DNA of 64,000 bases from Paraphysomonas bandaiensis (GCA_965644295.1 CBFFRP010000188.1:1-64000); one strand, 5' to 3'. Positions 23,400-37,877 are shown, counted from the first letter of the stretch. Numbers and translations are program-made. Notes: generated by a model from the letters alone, not told the origin.

Positions 23400-24290
23400 A
23401 AAAGTGAAGCAACTGCTACAGCTGTTAGGCGTGATTATTCCTGAGGGGGAGGACACGGAAGTAAGTGAATCATCTTTCTTCAAGTATAAAATGGAAGCGA
23501 GCCATAAACAGAGAGTCTCCCAGATCACCACTGTTGCCAGAAACCGAGAAGAAAAAGACATTCGATTTTTTTCACTTGGGCTGTATTGCTCTTTACACAT
23601 TGCTCTGATATTGTGGCCGAACTTGTTCTCAATTGGGATTCAACTACGTTTTCTTGTGGCAACGATGAACACAACAGATTAAAAGTGCACATTGCTATTG
23701 TCCCTAGGGATGACTGGAACAAGGCCTCGCCTGAAAGAGTGGGTTCTCGACAAGGAATGTACATCAAAAAATATTTTCTTCATAACTCTGTAGGGGAGGT
23801 TGCTCCCCAGTTTATATTATAGAGGATAATACAATGGCTGAGAATGAATGCGATGTGCATAGAGTGGAAGTTCTTGGAACACAAATTGTGTAGGATCGTA
23901 TGGGTACATTGCCTTAACACTTACCAGAGCATGCAACGATAATTATTACAGGTGGTATATACATGCATGGAGGTAAACGTTTTATAAGATTATGTCTACA
24001 GGCTGGATCTCTCCAGTTCAAGACATTAATGAAAAGTGCCGTTGCACGTTTAGTACCGATCATGTTGGAGCGCCATTAAATCACAGAAGCAGAAATGGAT
24101 GACGCAGGCATTGTATCCTACAATGTGGAAGGCCAATTGCTGTCTGAAGAGCTTGTTATTAATCGCCGAAGAGCATGTGTCTTCTATGGTGACTGCATAA
24201 TTTCAGACAATACAGCTCACCGGCAGCGAATTCATGATGCTCCAGTCATTGCAACTGCAAGGCGTGCTGAACTCAGAAGGAAGCTACAGC
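23400..24290 (+). pseudogene. Possible decayed DDE (pogo/Tc1-mariner-like) transposase
   Basis: Frameshifted fragments AELVLNWDSTTF (cf. pogo IxNxDET) and FLHNSVGEVAPQFIL (cf. xAxGExLPP); stops and frameshifts. Confidence 0.4.
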
Positions 24291-24593
24291 AAAGCGGCTG
24301 CGTGATGCTCAGGCAGCCGTGGAAAGGGGACTTGCTGCACAAGCAAGAGCGGAAGAGAAGTTGCAGGCTGACCAAAGCAAAATAAGACCAAGAAAAGATA
24401 TTGTTACGAGGAATGTTCATCTATGTGACTATATGACGCCGAGAGGCGTCAGTACAGACTTGATAAAGCAATCGAAGCACTCAGAACAATTGACGACAAT
24501 GAGGCAATGGTCAGCCTGCAACTTCTCTTCCGCTCTTGCTTGTGCAGCAAGTTCCCTTTCCACCTCTGCCTGAGCATCACGCAGCCGCTTTGC
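24289..24593. repeat. 86-bp inverted repeat (fold-back) with 133-bp spacer
   Basis: 24289-24374 is the reverse complement of 24508-24593 with 3 mismatches. Confidence 0.95.
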
Positions 24594-24600
24594 GTCAGCC

Positions 24601-24908
24601 TGATGAGCACAGAGTGAATACATACATCATACAATACTTATATAGTCCCTGTGTGCCGTATGGTGCGCACAGAGTGAACGCATATATCATATACCACATA
24701 TATAGTCCTTGCGTGTTGTATGAGGGGCTAAGTGTGACACTCCACACCATATAACACAAACATAGCCCATGTGTGTTGCATGAAGAGCACAGAGTGAACA
24801 TTCACATCATATATCACATATAGAGTCTCTGTGCGTTGCGTAAAGTACACACAGCAAACATACAGATCATATACCACATACATGGTCTCTATGTGCTGTA
24901 TAAAGCAC
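24601..24908. repeat. Degenerate 60-bp minisatellite (~5 copies; further decayed copies at 25065-25240)
   Basis: GCACAGAGTGAA...CATATACCACATATATAGTC-like unit recurs at 24601, 24661, 24721, 24781 and 24841. Confidence 0.8.
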
Positions 24909-26255
24909 GGTTGCACCATGGTGCTCGCAGCGATGCACAAGCAGCCCCGAGACGGTTGCCCGCCACTAGTAGTATATAGCAAGTCCAGTTATTAGTTAGT
25001 CTATAAATGTAAAACTAGTTTCTGCACACAGCCGTTCTCATGTAATAATCAGACTTTCTCACTGCTGTATAAAGCACGCATAGTGAATATACATAGTGTA
25101 TACCACATCTATATCACATCGTCCCAGTGTGTGTATGAAGTACACAGAGCGAAGACACAGAACATATACCACATCTCTAGACCTTGAACTGTTGAATGAA
25201 CACACTGAGTGCATACAGAAAACATGAACCACACATAGTGTCACTATATAGCTGGTTAATAGGTAATCTATGCTGATATGCCATAAGATGGCGACTTCAA
25301 CTTTCGTGAAAACACAGTCCTATAATATTGAAACGAGAATACCTATAATAATAAAAATAACAAGGTTATGTGTTGGCAATAGCATCATAATAATATAAAA
25401 CAGCAAAATGCAACAAGAGACAATGTAACGCACTTACATACTCTTCCACTCAATCGCACTTACACTTCAACGCAGATGATACAAACACAGTGAAGCCATA
25501 TATCCCACAGATGTGATCACCTCTGCTGAAAGCATCAACTGCAATGAGATCCCTCGCACTCTTCGACCACCTGAAGGAGATTATATCCATATACACACTA
25601 TGAATAATGACCTTACAGGAAGTGACCGCAACTCTCAGCACATCACCAGGTTCAGTAATACCAGGAACACATCCCTCTCACTCCCCATCATATGATGTGA
25701 CTAACCATCGGAAGCATCCACTCTATGTATGGGTGTGTTTATTCTGACAGGATTTGACCTAACACTTCATTCCTATGATTCTTTCCCTGGTCATGTATGT
25801 ATGTGTCTGTACATGTATGTACAGTATGTCGTATGTACTGTATGTGTATGTATGTGAAAATCCAAATCTGATAAAAACTGAAGAAAAAAAATGACACTTC
25901 CGAAAAACAGCGACTGATATATACAGAAAAAATTAGTTATTTCACATACAAAACCCCACATATAAATTATTTTCTGAGTAGAAAAAGGGGATTTATATTT
26001 TGTTGGAAAAAAATTTCTTCTATTGTATTCCACTGTATTCTATTGTATACATAGGAAAAAGAGTGGCTGATATTGTCATACTTTGAAGCGTATAAATTCA
26101 TACATAAGCTCGTATGGTCCAGTCCAGTCTCTCGTCTCATACATACATACATACATACATATACATATACTCACATGAGCTCAATGGCAGTGTAATGAAC
26201 CATCTCATACATACATACATACCACTATTATATTAAATATATTAAGTAAATTAAT

Positions 26256-26972
26256 ATGTCAACTTGTGTTTTTACTAAACCATGTGTAGATCAAGAGATT
26301 AAATCACTCTCTGTAAGTGATCCCTATAACTTTATCAGTGGATTGGAGGGATATGTCAATGAGCAGATATCAAACACCACATATGACTTTATAGCCAATA
26401 AATCTCTATTAAAGTTATATCAGTGTTATCCTGAACTTCAATCTATTGATAAGATTGCTCAAGTATTGGTACTCTCATTGATGCGTCTCCCATCCACTGA
26501 TTACTTGGCTCTCTCTTGTCTCGTGCCTGGAAGATTGATGGCTTCCAATCAAAACTTGAAGGCAATACAGACATGCTCAGATTTACTAGAATCGGGGAAA
26601 TTTCCTGAAGTTTGGGATCATATTAGAAGCTGTCCTGATGCCTTTAATGTCAAGTCATTCAATGATCGCATTCGTGCGTTTATTCTCGGGAACATGTGCC
26701 TCACCTTTCGTAATACTAAGGTGGAGCAGTTTTGCCAAATGCTAAGCCTCAGTGAGTCAGAAGTAATGCAGTTATCTGCATCCTGCCCTGGACAGTTTGA
26801 GGTAGGAAAGAATAGTTGCTTTTGTGTAGTTTTAAATGAATTCTCTCAGGTTAAGTCTGGCGTCGTTACCTTCCATTCCACTGAGACGCATGGTGCTGGC
26901 AATAAATTTGAAGGAAGCCTAAGATTAGATGAAATTCTTCGACTGATGAAAACTGTGAAAACAATCGAGTGA
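26256..26972 (+). CDS. EIF3K: Eukaryotic translation initiation factor 3 subunit K
   Basis: LEGYVNEQ...YDFIANKSLLKLYQ...QVLVLSLMRLPSTDY matches the eIF3k signature; probable in-frame 48-nt intron at 26802-26849. Confidence 0.9.
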   Translation: MSTCVFTKPCVDQEIKSLSVSDPYNFISGLEGYVNEQISNTTYDFIANKSLLKLYQCYPELQSIDKIAQVLVLSLMRLPSTDYLALSCLVPGRLMASNQNLKAIQTCSDLLESGKFPEVWDHIRSCPDAFNVKSFNDRIRAFILGNMCLTFRNTKVEQFCQMLSLSESEVMQLSASCPGQFEVGKNSCFCVVLNEFSQVKSGVVTFHSTETHGAGNKFEGSLRLDEILRLMKTVKTIE

Positions 26973-27521
26973 ATGTATTTAATCGCGCATTTTTCTTAAC
27001 TGTCACTCAGTGGCATGGGACGGAGAGTGTTAGGAGCGAAATTGCATATATTTTGATAATAAGCAGAAACGACAATGTGCAACCTAAGTATGTTTCATTG
27101 CATATTTTCACATGAGCCATATTGAAGCAGTTGATTCTTGCGCGCTTATTGTTATGAAGTTGTTGCTGGTTTTTAGTTGCAACGTTTGAGGCTGTCATGA
27201 AAGGCAGAAGTCTACTTTCCTTAAATTCTATTAAATCAGTAGTTAGACACGACAAACAGAAATTAGATCTCTGTATTAGCTATATATATTACGTTATGTT
27301 GTGTTTTGGTCGTAATGTGACGTAGTAGAACGTGGAATCGTATTTCCATACCTATATCGAATACTCTTGAAACAATTACATAAGCTGAAAATGCGGATAC
27401 TTTTATCAGTCCACAATTAATTACTAGACAAAATATAGTTATATATATTGTCCTATATACTAAATGCTAAAATTAAAGACAAGTAAGACCTTGCTAAGGG
27501 GAATAATGAACATCTGATTAA

Positions 27522-28130
27522 GTAGTGAATGTCTGATTATTAGCAATATAGGCGTGTAAGAGTCAGAACTAGAGTAGCAATACCATGTAACTAACAAGTG
27601 CTTTACTCTGACATCCTACTATTTAACGCTACGAAAGCTGCTTGTGCGTCACCGCAAGCACAAAGGTGCAACCACTTTTGTTCTCTGTCCTTTAGATGAA
27701 CTGCCCGGGTGCTTGACTTCAGCAGGCAGTCCAATACCCCAGATGTCCTTCAGGTGGGCCCATTCCCGGATGCCTGTTTCTTCATCAGGGGCCCAAAGAC
27801 GTCTACAGAAGTGACACTTATCAGTGTCCCTTGTACCACACAAGCATTTGGCTATGAATGAGCAGAACAATATCTACTGACTATATATGCGGCTCACGCA
27901 TATATATTTTCCTGGAGAAATGTCTCCGGTAATTATCCCCCTAACACCACGAAAAGGTGCGACTCCGACTTTGTTGAGGGACATTTGATTATATTTAATG
28001 GTTCGGATTGAACACTTAATCAGGGATCGATCTTTTGTTGATGAGAGGTGTGTTTGTGGTGTGGTGTCCATTAGTTGGATAGGGCGGCGGAAAACTAGAT
28101 GTATTGAGAATCGAGATACATTATTCACTA
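27522..28130 (-). mobile_element. 5'-truncated non-LTR retrotransposon-like fragment (longest copy of a dispersed family)
   Basis: Decayed ORF end CLCGTRDTDKCHFC...IREWAHLK...VVAPLCLR*, followed by a ~130-bp 3' tail shared with four other copies; far boundary approximate. Confidence 0.65.
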
Positions 28131-28411
28131 TTCAAACGAGTCAACATTTAGTCGTACCTCGTCACAAATGGTGCTCACTATAGCTACGCATTACAGGACA
28201 GCTCATATGGTGACTCACTCACATTCGTAGCATGGTAAAATGAGAATTAACCATTAACTTATTTTTACATTATTACTCAAGTAGAAGTTCAGCAGCTGTG
28301 GCCGAACGGCCAAAGTCACCCAATATAATGCTTTTTCACAGAGGACTACTTTGTATATATCCAAATAAGACATATCCACGGACGAATATTCTAGAACAGA
28401 CTATAATGATA

Positions 28412-31400
28412 CTAGAGTAGGCTATTCCTTGTTTCTTCCAGCTTCTTCATGATTTCTGTGGGAGTCCTGTTGAGGCTATCAGCAATCTCTTCCTGTTTTG
28501 AAGCAGGCATACGTGCATATTGTTCGCAAAGGTCGCCATCAACCGTATCTTTCACAGGCTGGAAATATGATCTGTATGAGCAGTGGTCTCTACGAACGAG
28601 ACTGGGACACTCCTGCCGTAGACACAACTCTAGATGCTGGAATAAATCCAAATCGTCCGTTCTACGAAAAGGTACAAAAGCGTATATACCACCCATGACA
28701 GTTGCCGCAATGATAGCTTGATCTCCCCCGGACACAAGCGAACTCTTCACCATCGCCGTCACCATTTCACCAACATGGAAGTGTGTCAAAATCTGCGCTT
28801 TGGTAGGGGCGCCATTCAAAAGGCCTTGATCCCAAAGCAACCTGGACCCCACCGGGTTATCGATATTATCATTAGTTTTGTATGGCAGCTGGAGAACCCA
28901 GACATTTCCAAACTTGTCTGCTCCGGCAACAGTGTCGTAGTCAAGGATACAGGATGAAGTCATGAATCTGGGTACATCACCATGAGCGCGACATACTAAC
29001 TAAAGCTGAGATTACCTTGGTGAGCACTCATTCGCAAATATAATCAGGGAGTTGTCTTGCTTTCTGTACTTGACAAAATGCACCGATTCGGACAAATCAT
29101 TGGCGTATATCCTATCGCCGTTGACAAGTAGTTTCACAATACCACTCGAAAACCCCTTGTTCTCACATTTTTTCAGAAGCTTTTTCTTACCGAGTTCGAA
29201 TAGTCGCATCGATTTACCAGCACCTGTATCAAAAGTATTAGTCCAGCATTTCCAAACCAGGAAGAGAGAATTTACCAACTAAAAGCTTTCCCTGAAATTC
29301 ACACATTGCCATTGGAACTTCTTCCAAACATGTCTTATGAAGGAGCTGCAACCTATTCTCACGAAAGCGATAGACATGAACGTATCCTGAATAAAATTTA
29401 AGAGTCTCATAATGGCAGTATGTACAGTCCATACCGCACGCAACGCTTCTGGGATGAAGAGTCATATCCTTCGCAGTCCCTACAACTATGAACCTTTCCT
29501 CCGAAACATGAGAGAAGACACATGTACAGATAGAAAACGCAGCTTCATTGTCAGTTAACTGAAGAAGCTCCAGAGTGGAATTTGATACAGGATCCATTAT
29601 TCGAACACAGGAGGCCCAATGACCATCAGTTGGTGGCACCAACCCACGAATAGGAATGCCATTTTTAAGGTCACTCTCTCTTTCAGTTTTCTCTTTAGAC
29701 TCTTCAGTTTCCATACAGCCATTAGAAACGTCCATCACTTCACTTTCATTGATTCCGTTTTGAAGCTTCGACTCAGAACTAGAAGTCCCCAGTAATTTCG
29801 TCGTGACCTTTGCTGCCTTTTCCTTCTCATCCTCCCCATACTCATTGTGATCAGTCTCTATAACTGCCACATAAGTAGTGTCCGGAAGCCGTATCATCTT
29901 TCGCGGAGTGTGCCGCAATGGGTGCACTGTCTGATTGAACATTGCACCGAGGTTGTCTATCGCTACAATACGCAGGGTATTGGATACTATCACCACCACA
30001 CCCTCAGGACAAACTTTAGATGCAAAGTTCGATGCGAAATCAAGAGTCTCATACGATATGGGTGCCTGGAAGTATCTGCCTTGATAATTGCATAGCAACC
30101 ACGATCGTGTTGACAGTGCAAGTATCCCTCGACGACCACGCACCATCACTCGAAATAATTTAACTGGTTTTACACCCAGAACACGTTGTCTTGAGTTCGA
30201 TATAGTTCCCGCGGTTCTATCCACTGAGTATCTACAAAGCATCCCACTTACAAGACCGACGTGCAGGTACATGGTCAACGAACTAGACGAACTTTCTGCC
30301 TCTGGTGTAATAGCGCCGGACTCGCATTCCATGTGAACAAGGCAGACAGACTCGGGACGTTTTGAAAGCGATAATGTCGATCTCATGACGAGTAAATCAT
30401 CGGGTTCCAAGGACAGGATTAGTACCGTGTTGTCCCAGCTCCCCACTGCCAGAAAGGGCGACCTTAGCATTCCTGGTGGCACCTCACCAATGTCCAAACA
30501 TGCTACCTCATGCCCTAGATCATGAGTTTTCATTTCAACCAACTGACCCGCTTGGTCAATCTCAAAGTATATTAACTCCCCGCCCGCAAGAGACACGACA
30601 ACCTGTCTAGAGTTGGCGGATGCTTTCTCGATCTGCTTTTTTCCAGGAGTTTTCCAATCACTGATGCGATGGTCACCGTTCCCATTCATGTCAGGACGAA
30701 TGTGTCTGATACCAGTTGGATGGACCTAAATGAAGGAAATTATTCAAATTAACACAAACAGTGAGGACCAAGATGTATACCTGTAGCAGTGCATTGTCAG
30801 CCAGTAGCACCACATCTAAAGTTGGAACGGATGCCAGGAAGCCAGAGTCCGTAAATTCCTCAATAGTATCCCCAATTGAAAGTACGAGAGTAGAGTTACT
30901 AAAAGATACTATAATATACTTATCGTACTCGCTGTTTTGTTGACTACGGACTGTCCATACTGCGCTCGGCCTTCCCGGCAGGTCTGATAACGCCATCTCA
31001 GTCACTGAGATGCCGTGCCGTAGTACACGCAACGAGGATCTATTTCCCTTTCCACAAAGTGAATAAATCTGGGGCGTTCCTTCCCCGCTTAAGTCATCAA
31101 CCATCATGTCTGTCACCGGCGCCATTGACTCAATCTCGTCCGTGATGGAAAGGTTCTTGAGGACAGGGGATGCAGTGAAACTTACAGCAACGCGACAGGC
31201 AGAAATGGAGTCATGGCCCAGCTCTTCGTTCATCTTTTTATCAACGCTGTGAGCAACTACGGTAGCCTCGTCCTCTCCTAAGTTCTGAAATCTCAGCAGC
31301 AAGTGATTTCCGAATTCGCTAGCTGAGAATAACATCGCCGTATTGGTGATACAGAGAGAGACGGCTGGAGGTAGTGTGTCAAACACTTTCACGACCACAT

Positions 31401-32537
31401 CAGTAACAGTCTTGTCGGTGGGATTCCACGCGAGATTTACCATATAAAGGTCACCTAGTTCAGACTGGAGCATGAAGAAGAAATCTCCATTTTGCTTGTG
31501 CATTGCAGCAGACGTAATGAGCAACCCCTTCTGCACAGGCATGTCGCTTCGACGGGGCAAGGCAGTACGTACCTCAGGGTGCCCACGGTTCCTATATGCT
31601 ACCCAATTCTCCCCACACATCAGCACACCGGAGGGTCCATCAACACCCCCAGGAACGGTCAGCAGCATGTTGGCAGCACGAGAAATCGGCTCCGAACACT
31701 TACGTACGACTTGGCTATTATCCAAATCAAGCTCGTAGTAGGTGAGGCTCTTAACTGCCTTCACTTCTGCCTCTCTTGATTGGCCGTTCACAACTTCTCT
31801 CTGCTCTAGTTCTATCATAGCAAACATAGGATTGCTAAGTCCGACATCGACACCACATATTGAAAATACGATTGTTTCCGCTCTATGCGCCTCCAAAGGA
31901 GATGATATGGATAATCCATTGGCTGAGTCTGGGGTGGTGATACACACAAACCTCTGCTTCTCAATACTCGCTGAAATCAATATCAGATAATAATAAAATC
32001 ACTTGAAGACTACCTATCATTAAGGCTCGCCCCATCGGGTCAGCGGCAAGATATTGTCCAGGGGCATATCTACGGCACCCGGTCTTACCGATACCTTTAC
32101 ATTGCACAGTTTTCCAATCATTTATCTCCATATCATACTCGATTATAGTTATCTTCCCAGAGTCTGATCCAACAACCACATAATCCTTATTCACACCTAC
32201 TCATACATACCACTATATCATGTATATCATATGATTATATGGTAGATATACATACCTTGTATGCGGTATGTTAAGAGAGACTTAATGACAGCGAAGAGAG
32301 GCGTCTCGCATATAGAGATTAGCTTTCCATATTCATCTGGTCTTAAGAGTTCTAATGTACTTCCTCTAGCAATAACTATCTCTTCATTATTACGACATGA
32401 AAAATTCCCTGTATATATAGAGAGAGTGATGAGTATGTATGTATGTATGTATGTATGTATGTATGAGGGCTCATCGTACCGTGTATAGCAGTTATGATAG
32501 CGGATGGCTTCTGTAAATTAAGTGAAAGTAAATGCAT
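28412..32537 (-). CDS. SF3B3: Splicing factor 3B subunit 3 (SAP130/Rse1), multi-exon
   Basis: MHLLSLNLQKPSAI, KDYVVVGSDSGKI, PGQYLAADPMGRALMI, ISSPLEAH, SSLRVLRHG, RSYFQPVKDTVDGDLCEQY. Confidence 0.97.
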
Positions 32538-32674
32538 TGTGTGGAGCTGAAGTGACACCTGTAGAAGTGTATATGAGATCAGCTGCACTGCATGAACTTC
32601 ATATGAGTTTAAAGTGAAGACAGCCTTGCAAACAATAAATACACTGTACTCATATACACATACCTACCTACATA

Positions 32675-32749
32675 CTACATACATACATACATACATACAT
32701 ACATACATACATACATACATACATACATACACTATACATACATACATAA

Positions 32750-32780
<31 letters not shown>

Positions 32781-33028
32781 CATACATACATACATACATA
32801 CATACATACATACATACATACATACATACATACATACATACATACATACATACATACATACATACATACATACATACATACATACATACATACATACATA
32901 CATACATACATACATACATACATACATACATACATACATACATACATACATACATACATACATACATACATACATACATACATACATACATACATACATA
33001 CATACATACATACATACATACATTCATA
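32675..33028. repeat. (TACA)n microsatellite, ~85 units
   Basis: Direct reading; a few interruptions near the left end. Confidence 0.99.
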
Positions 33029-33289
33029 CGGACTGCTTTATCTTCGGAATTATCGCTGGCTCTACCATTTTTCCAGAAGGTCTTCGCGAAGTCAGGGCAC
33101 CTAGTGTTTAAGTTGCCTAGTATGTCTTCTATCAGAGTATGGCTGTGAGCTTCTGATGGAGGGGAAGCTCCAGGGACCCTCTGATGAACATGAGAGTATG
33201 GTATATGAGGCTATCTTATATAAAAGACGCCCATATTCTTGCATGATATGGTAGTTCATTGCTATCGGTAGTAATGTTGTCCATGATTA

Positions 33290-33693
33290 TGTCAATTTAC
33301 ATGTAGTGTAAGTATATCCGAGAACGGAGATTGACTGTCGTACAGCTGCCGTATCCAGTGTTAAGATATATATGGAGTACCGGAACGGTCATGTGTACTC
33401 CATTCCTACATCCCAGCCGTCTCCGCCACTCGTGTTGCTCACGAAGTGTTGGAACATACTCCCGACTGGTGTGTTCTGTTAACGGACGCATGCTTGGAAT
33501 CCTATTTTGGGCGATTCCGGTTACTGGCTGACATACCGAAAGTGAATATTAACACTCTGGTGAGCTGAAGACCAGTTCTGGAATAGGTGATACAGTAGCC
33601 AGAATGGTCTTGTCAAAACGAAAAGCGCTCGCTTTTTCTAGTTGGGAAAATTTGAAAAGCCGGGTGCGGAGCAGCGTGTGGAAGTTTAGTTGA
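33290..33693 (+). pseudogene. Decayed gene ending in a helix-hairpin-helix motif (Crinkler/REase-HhH-like C-terminus)
   Basis: ...CVLLTDACLESYFGRFRLLADIPKVNINT, frameshift, then ELKTSSGIGDTVARMVLSKRKALAFSSWENLKSRV; upstream YM*CKY. Confidence 0.5.
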
Positions 33694-34034
33694 ATCGCTT
33701 GCTAGAAGTTCTCTTTCTATCATTCCGTCTATTTTAGCTAGTTTTCTTGTTTTGAAATATTTCGTGGCCTTGCTTCTCAGTAGCTACTTTGACTTTATAA
33801 TTGGATAGTACTTTAGAAGTATACCCATTCGCCCCTTAGGTACACACACGATCTCTGCACAGAAGTACAATACTATGAAAACACTAATTAACATTAACAG
33901 TGAGGCACTTTAAAATCATACTTATATCTTACAAAACAACAACTGCAGAACATATTAGAGCAGAACACATTGAGTACTTATTCTAGTTAGAGCTGGTATG
34001 CCCTAACCCCGAACTGCACCATAGAGAATCTTAG

Positions 34035-34190
34035 GTAGAGTGAATGTCTTGTTATTAGCAATAGGCGTGTAAGAGTCAGAACTAATGTAGTAAAACAATT
34101 TAACTACTAGTGCTTAACTCTGATATCCTACTATTTAGTGCTACGAAAGTTGCTTGTGCGTCACCGCAAGCACCAAGGTGCAACCACTTT
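34035..34190 (-). mobile_element. Short 3'-end copy of the LINE-like family
   Basis: GTGAATGTCTTGTTATTAGCAATAGGCGTGTAAGAGTCAGAAC...GTGCGTCACCGCAAGCACCAAGGTGCAACCAC matches 27522-27680. Confidence 0.85.
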
Positions 34191-35373
34191 CGATCTATCA
34201 CTCAATACCTGACATCTGATGACTTCAGGAATACAGAATCCTAAGCAGTACATGTTCAAAATTGTACTACACATTAAGGTAACCGTTAAAATTCAAATGT
34301 AAGCAGTGATACTTTTAAAGCATAACACATAACAATTCGTATATTGTAGTTAGAACTAGTAAGGTAAAACTAATAGTAATGATGTATAGTGACCGTATAA
34401 GAGTCAACGAATGAGAACATTTGACCATAGCTGAAAATTGTGTCTGTTCAACCGTGACCATAGAGAATATGTATGGTTGGACATGGTGATTGCTTAGGTG
34501 GTATTATATTATATTATAATATAAGGAACTATAATATGTGAATTCAGTAATTATGAGTTCAATTAGTTGGAAAAGTCTAAACAATATCAAATCGAACATG
34601 GTAGCGAGTTTTATTTCTAGCAAAACTGTCATGAAATAATTATCTATATTCGATCAGTGTGGAGTAGTCAATTGAACTAAGCGCATGAAGATGTGGTTGA
34701 TAAGGAAAAGAAATATTATAGACTGGAGCTAAATGCTAGTATAAGTATCAAGAAATCCTGACGGAGTGGCTGGAGCACACCTTCCAGACAAAGTGGCCGA
34801 GTGTAGCCAATTTTAGACGCAACTTCCAGACAAAGTGAATTACATCTTGTCGTATTCACGTGTAAAATACATGTAAGAGGTATACATGAATCAGTGAATA
34901 ATATTAATTTGTTACTCATATCATTGGGAGAATATGTCGTCATAAGTCAAATAAAGATCCTATATATAGACATAACAAAATAAGGACTATACAAACCATA
35001 CCAACATAATCCACGAATTTCTGTGTTAATGAAAATCTCTAAGTGAATATATCACTTTCAGTCATGCTTATTATATCAGATCTCATCGCCTAGATCATAT
35101 GTGGCATAGCTTGAATTCATTTCACGGTTGTGGACATTATTCGAAATTAGAACAGCAATTTCGGTGCTTTAACCATGTTTGAATATGCTACTATTCTTGC
35201 CTGTATGTAGACAGTGAACACATGTACACTCGATATTCTACAATGATAACATTTGTCACATACAGTATTGATTTCGTATATGGGACGATTATATATTGAC
35301 TTTAAAAAGCCTAACTGATAAACAAAATAGTCTCTAAGCTTTAAAATCTCAATATTCGACACAATAAAACAAT

Positions 35374-36570
<1,197 letters not shown>

Positions 36571-36977
36571 TTATATATTCTTAGATGGAGTTATATATGA
36601 GGGGAGTGTTGTGATCTATATATATATATATATGTGTATGCATGCATATCATATGAGTCAATCCACGTCATATCATCATACTATCAGATGTAATTCTATA
36701 TGCTGCTGTGCTTGTAATCCCTATAAATCGAGGGTTTATAGTAATATAGGTGAATTTACTGTTTAAAACCCTAATTTCCTGACACAGACATCTACCTACA
36801 GTATATACATGTACATATACGATAGTGCACCATACTAGAAGAGGGATACATACATATATACTTTCTGTATCTATGTGTACATGTATAGAGCACAGGCAGA
36901 AGAACACATAGATATATACACATAACACTCATACATTCCCAAACACAGCCTCTCTATATACTCACACATTAATCAAT

Positions 36978-37211
36978 ATGAGAACCGAAGATACTGTTGG
37001 AAGTGAATTGGCAATATGCTACTTATCTCAATTTAAATTTATTATTCCTGCAGTTGCTGTTGGAGCATTTATTGGACGTAAAAATAAATCATACATACCA
37101 TTTGTATGGAGTATAGTGCTAGGATCTGCTGCTGACTATATGTATGGACGTTGTTATGATTGTAAGGCACTTCAAGAAGAGTATGATGCGATGGTAAGTA
37201 CAAAAAAATGA
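36978..37211 (+). CDS. Small hypothetical membrane protein (77 aa)
   Basis: ATG ORF divergent from GMDS, with two hydrophobic stretches (FIIPAVAVGAFIG, IPFVWSIVLGSAA). Confidence 0.6.
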   Translation: MRTEDTVGSELAICYLSQFKFIIPAVAVGAFIGRKNKSYIPFVWSIVLGSAADYMYGRCYDCKALQEEYDAMVSTKK

Positions 37212-37877
37212 GTGAGATGGACTTGCACTTTTTGTTTGAAGTGATATTATACTCATCTAACTTAATCAGAATTTATACCTTCTTTTCATAATATTATTCT
37301 GAAAATAGTAACATGACGCATAACAGGTTATATAGTTTTCGGAAATTATAGTTTTCCATATATTCGATAGTCCTGTGCACAACGTAATTTATATGACACT
37401 GCTTTGACTAAAATTATTAGCCATACACGAATATTTTTTTCAACGTACAGGACACTATTAACATGTGGCTCAGTGTAGAGTGTGATTTATAACTGTTCAA
37501 CTGATAGGCTATACAGAAATCATGCTCAAGGTTTTTACTTACAGGCAACCATTGTTTTGAAATGTAACATAATCACTACTACTGCTGGATTCAGATTTTG
37601 CTATGTGTTGTTAACACTTCGTAGTTAAATAACTCTACAACTGGCACTAATTCAGTAACAGGGATAGCGGCAGAACTAACCACCAACAGGGTCTAAAATC
37701 CGTCTGGCATATAGTACTTAAGTATAACTATATATATCGAATGCGAGGTAAAAACTGTAAAGCAAAAAGAAATTTGCTCGTATATATCAGAAAAGACCTA
37801 AGTAAATATACCATTGCATGCCATAGTAATACAATCACTATTGCAACATCAAATTCCGAATATAACTTATATGCCAG

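Noticed and set aside
25697-25714. 16/18 match to 18S (1354-1371) suggesting a snoRNA guide
   Set aside because: No properly placed C/D boxes; a match of this quality is expected by chance given the lengths compared.
32614-33111. HTYI/MYVC repeat ORFs (also 60142-60621)
   Set aside because: They are translations of (TACA)n microsatellites.
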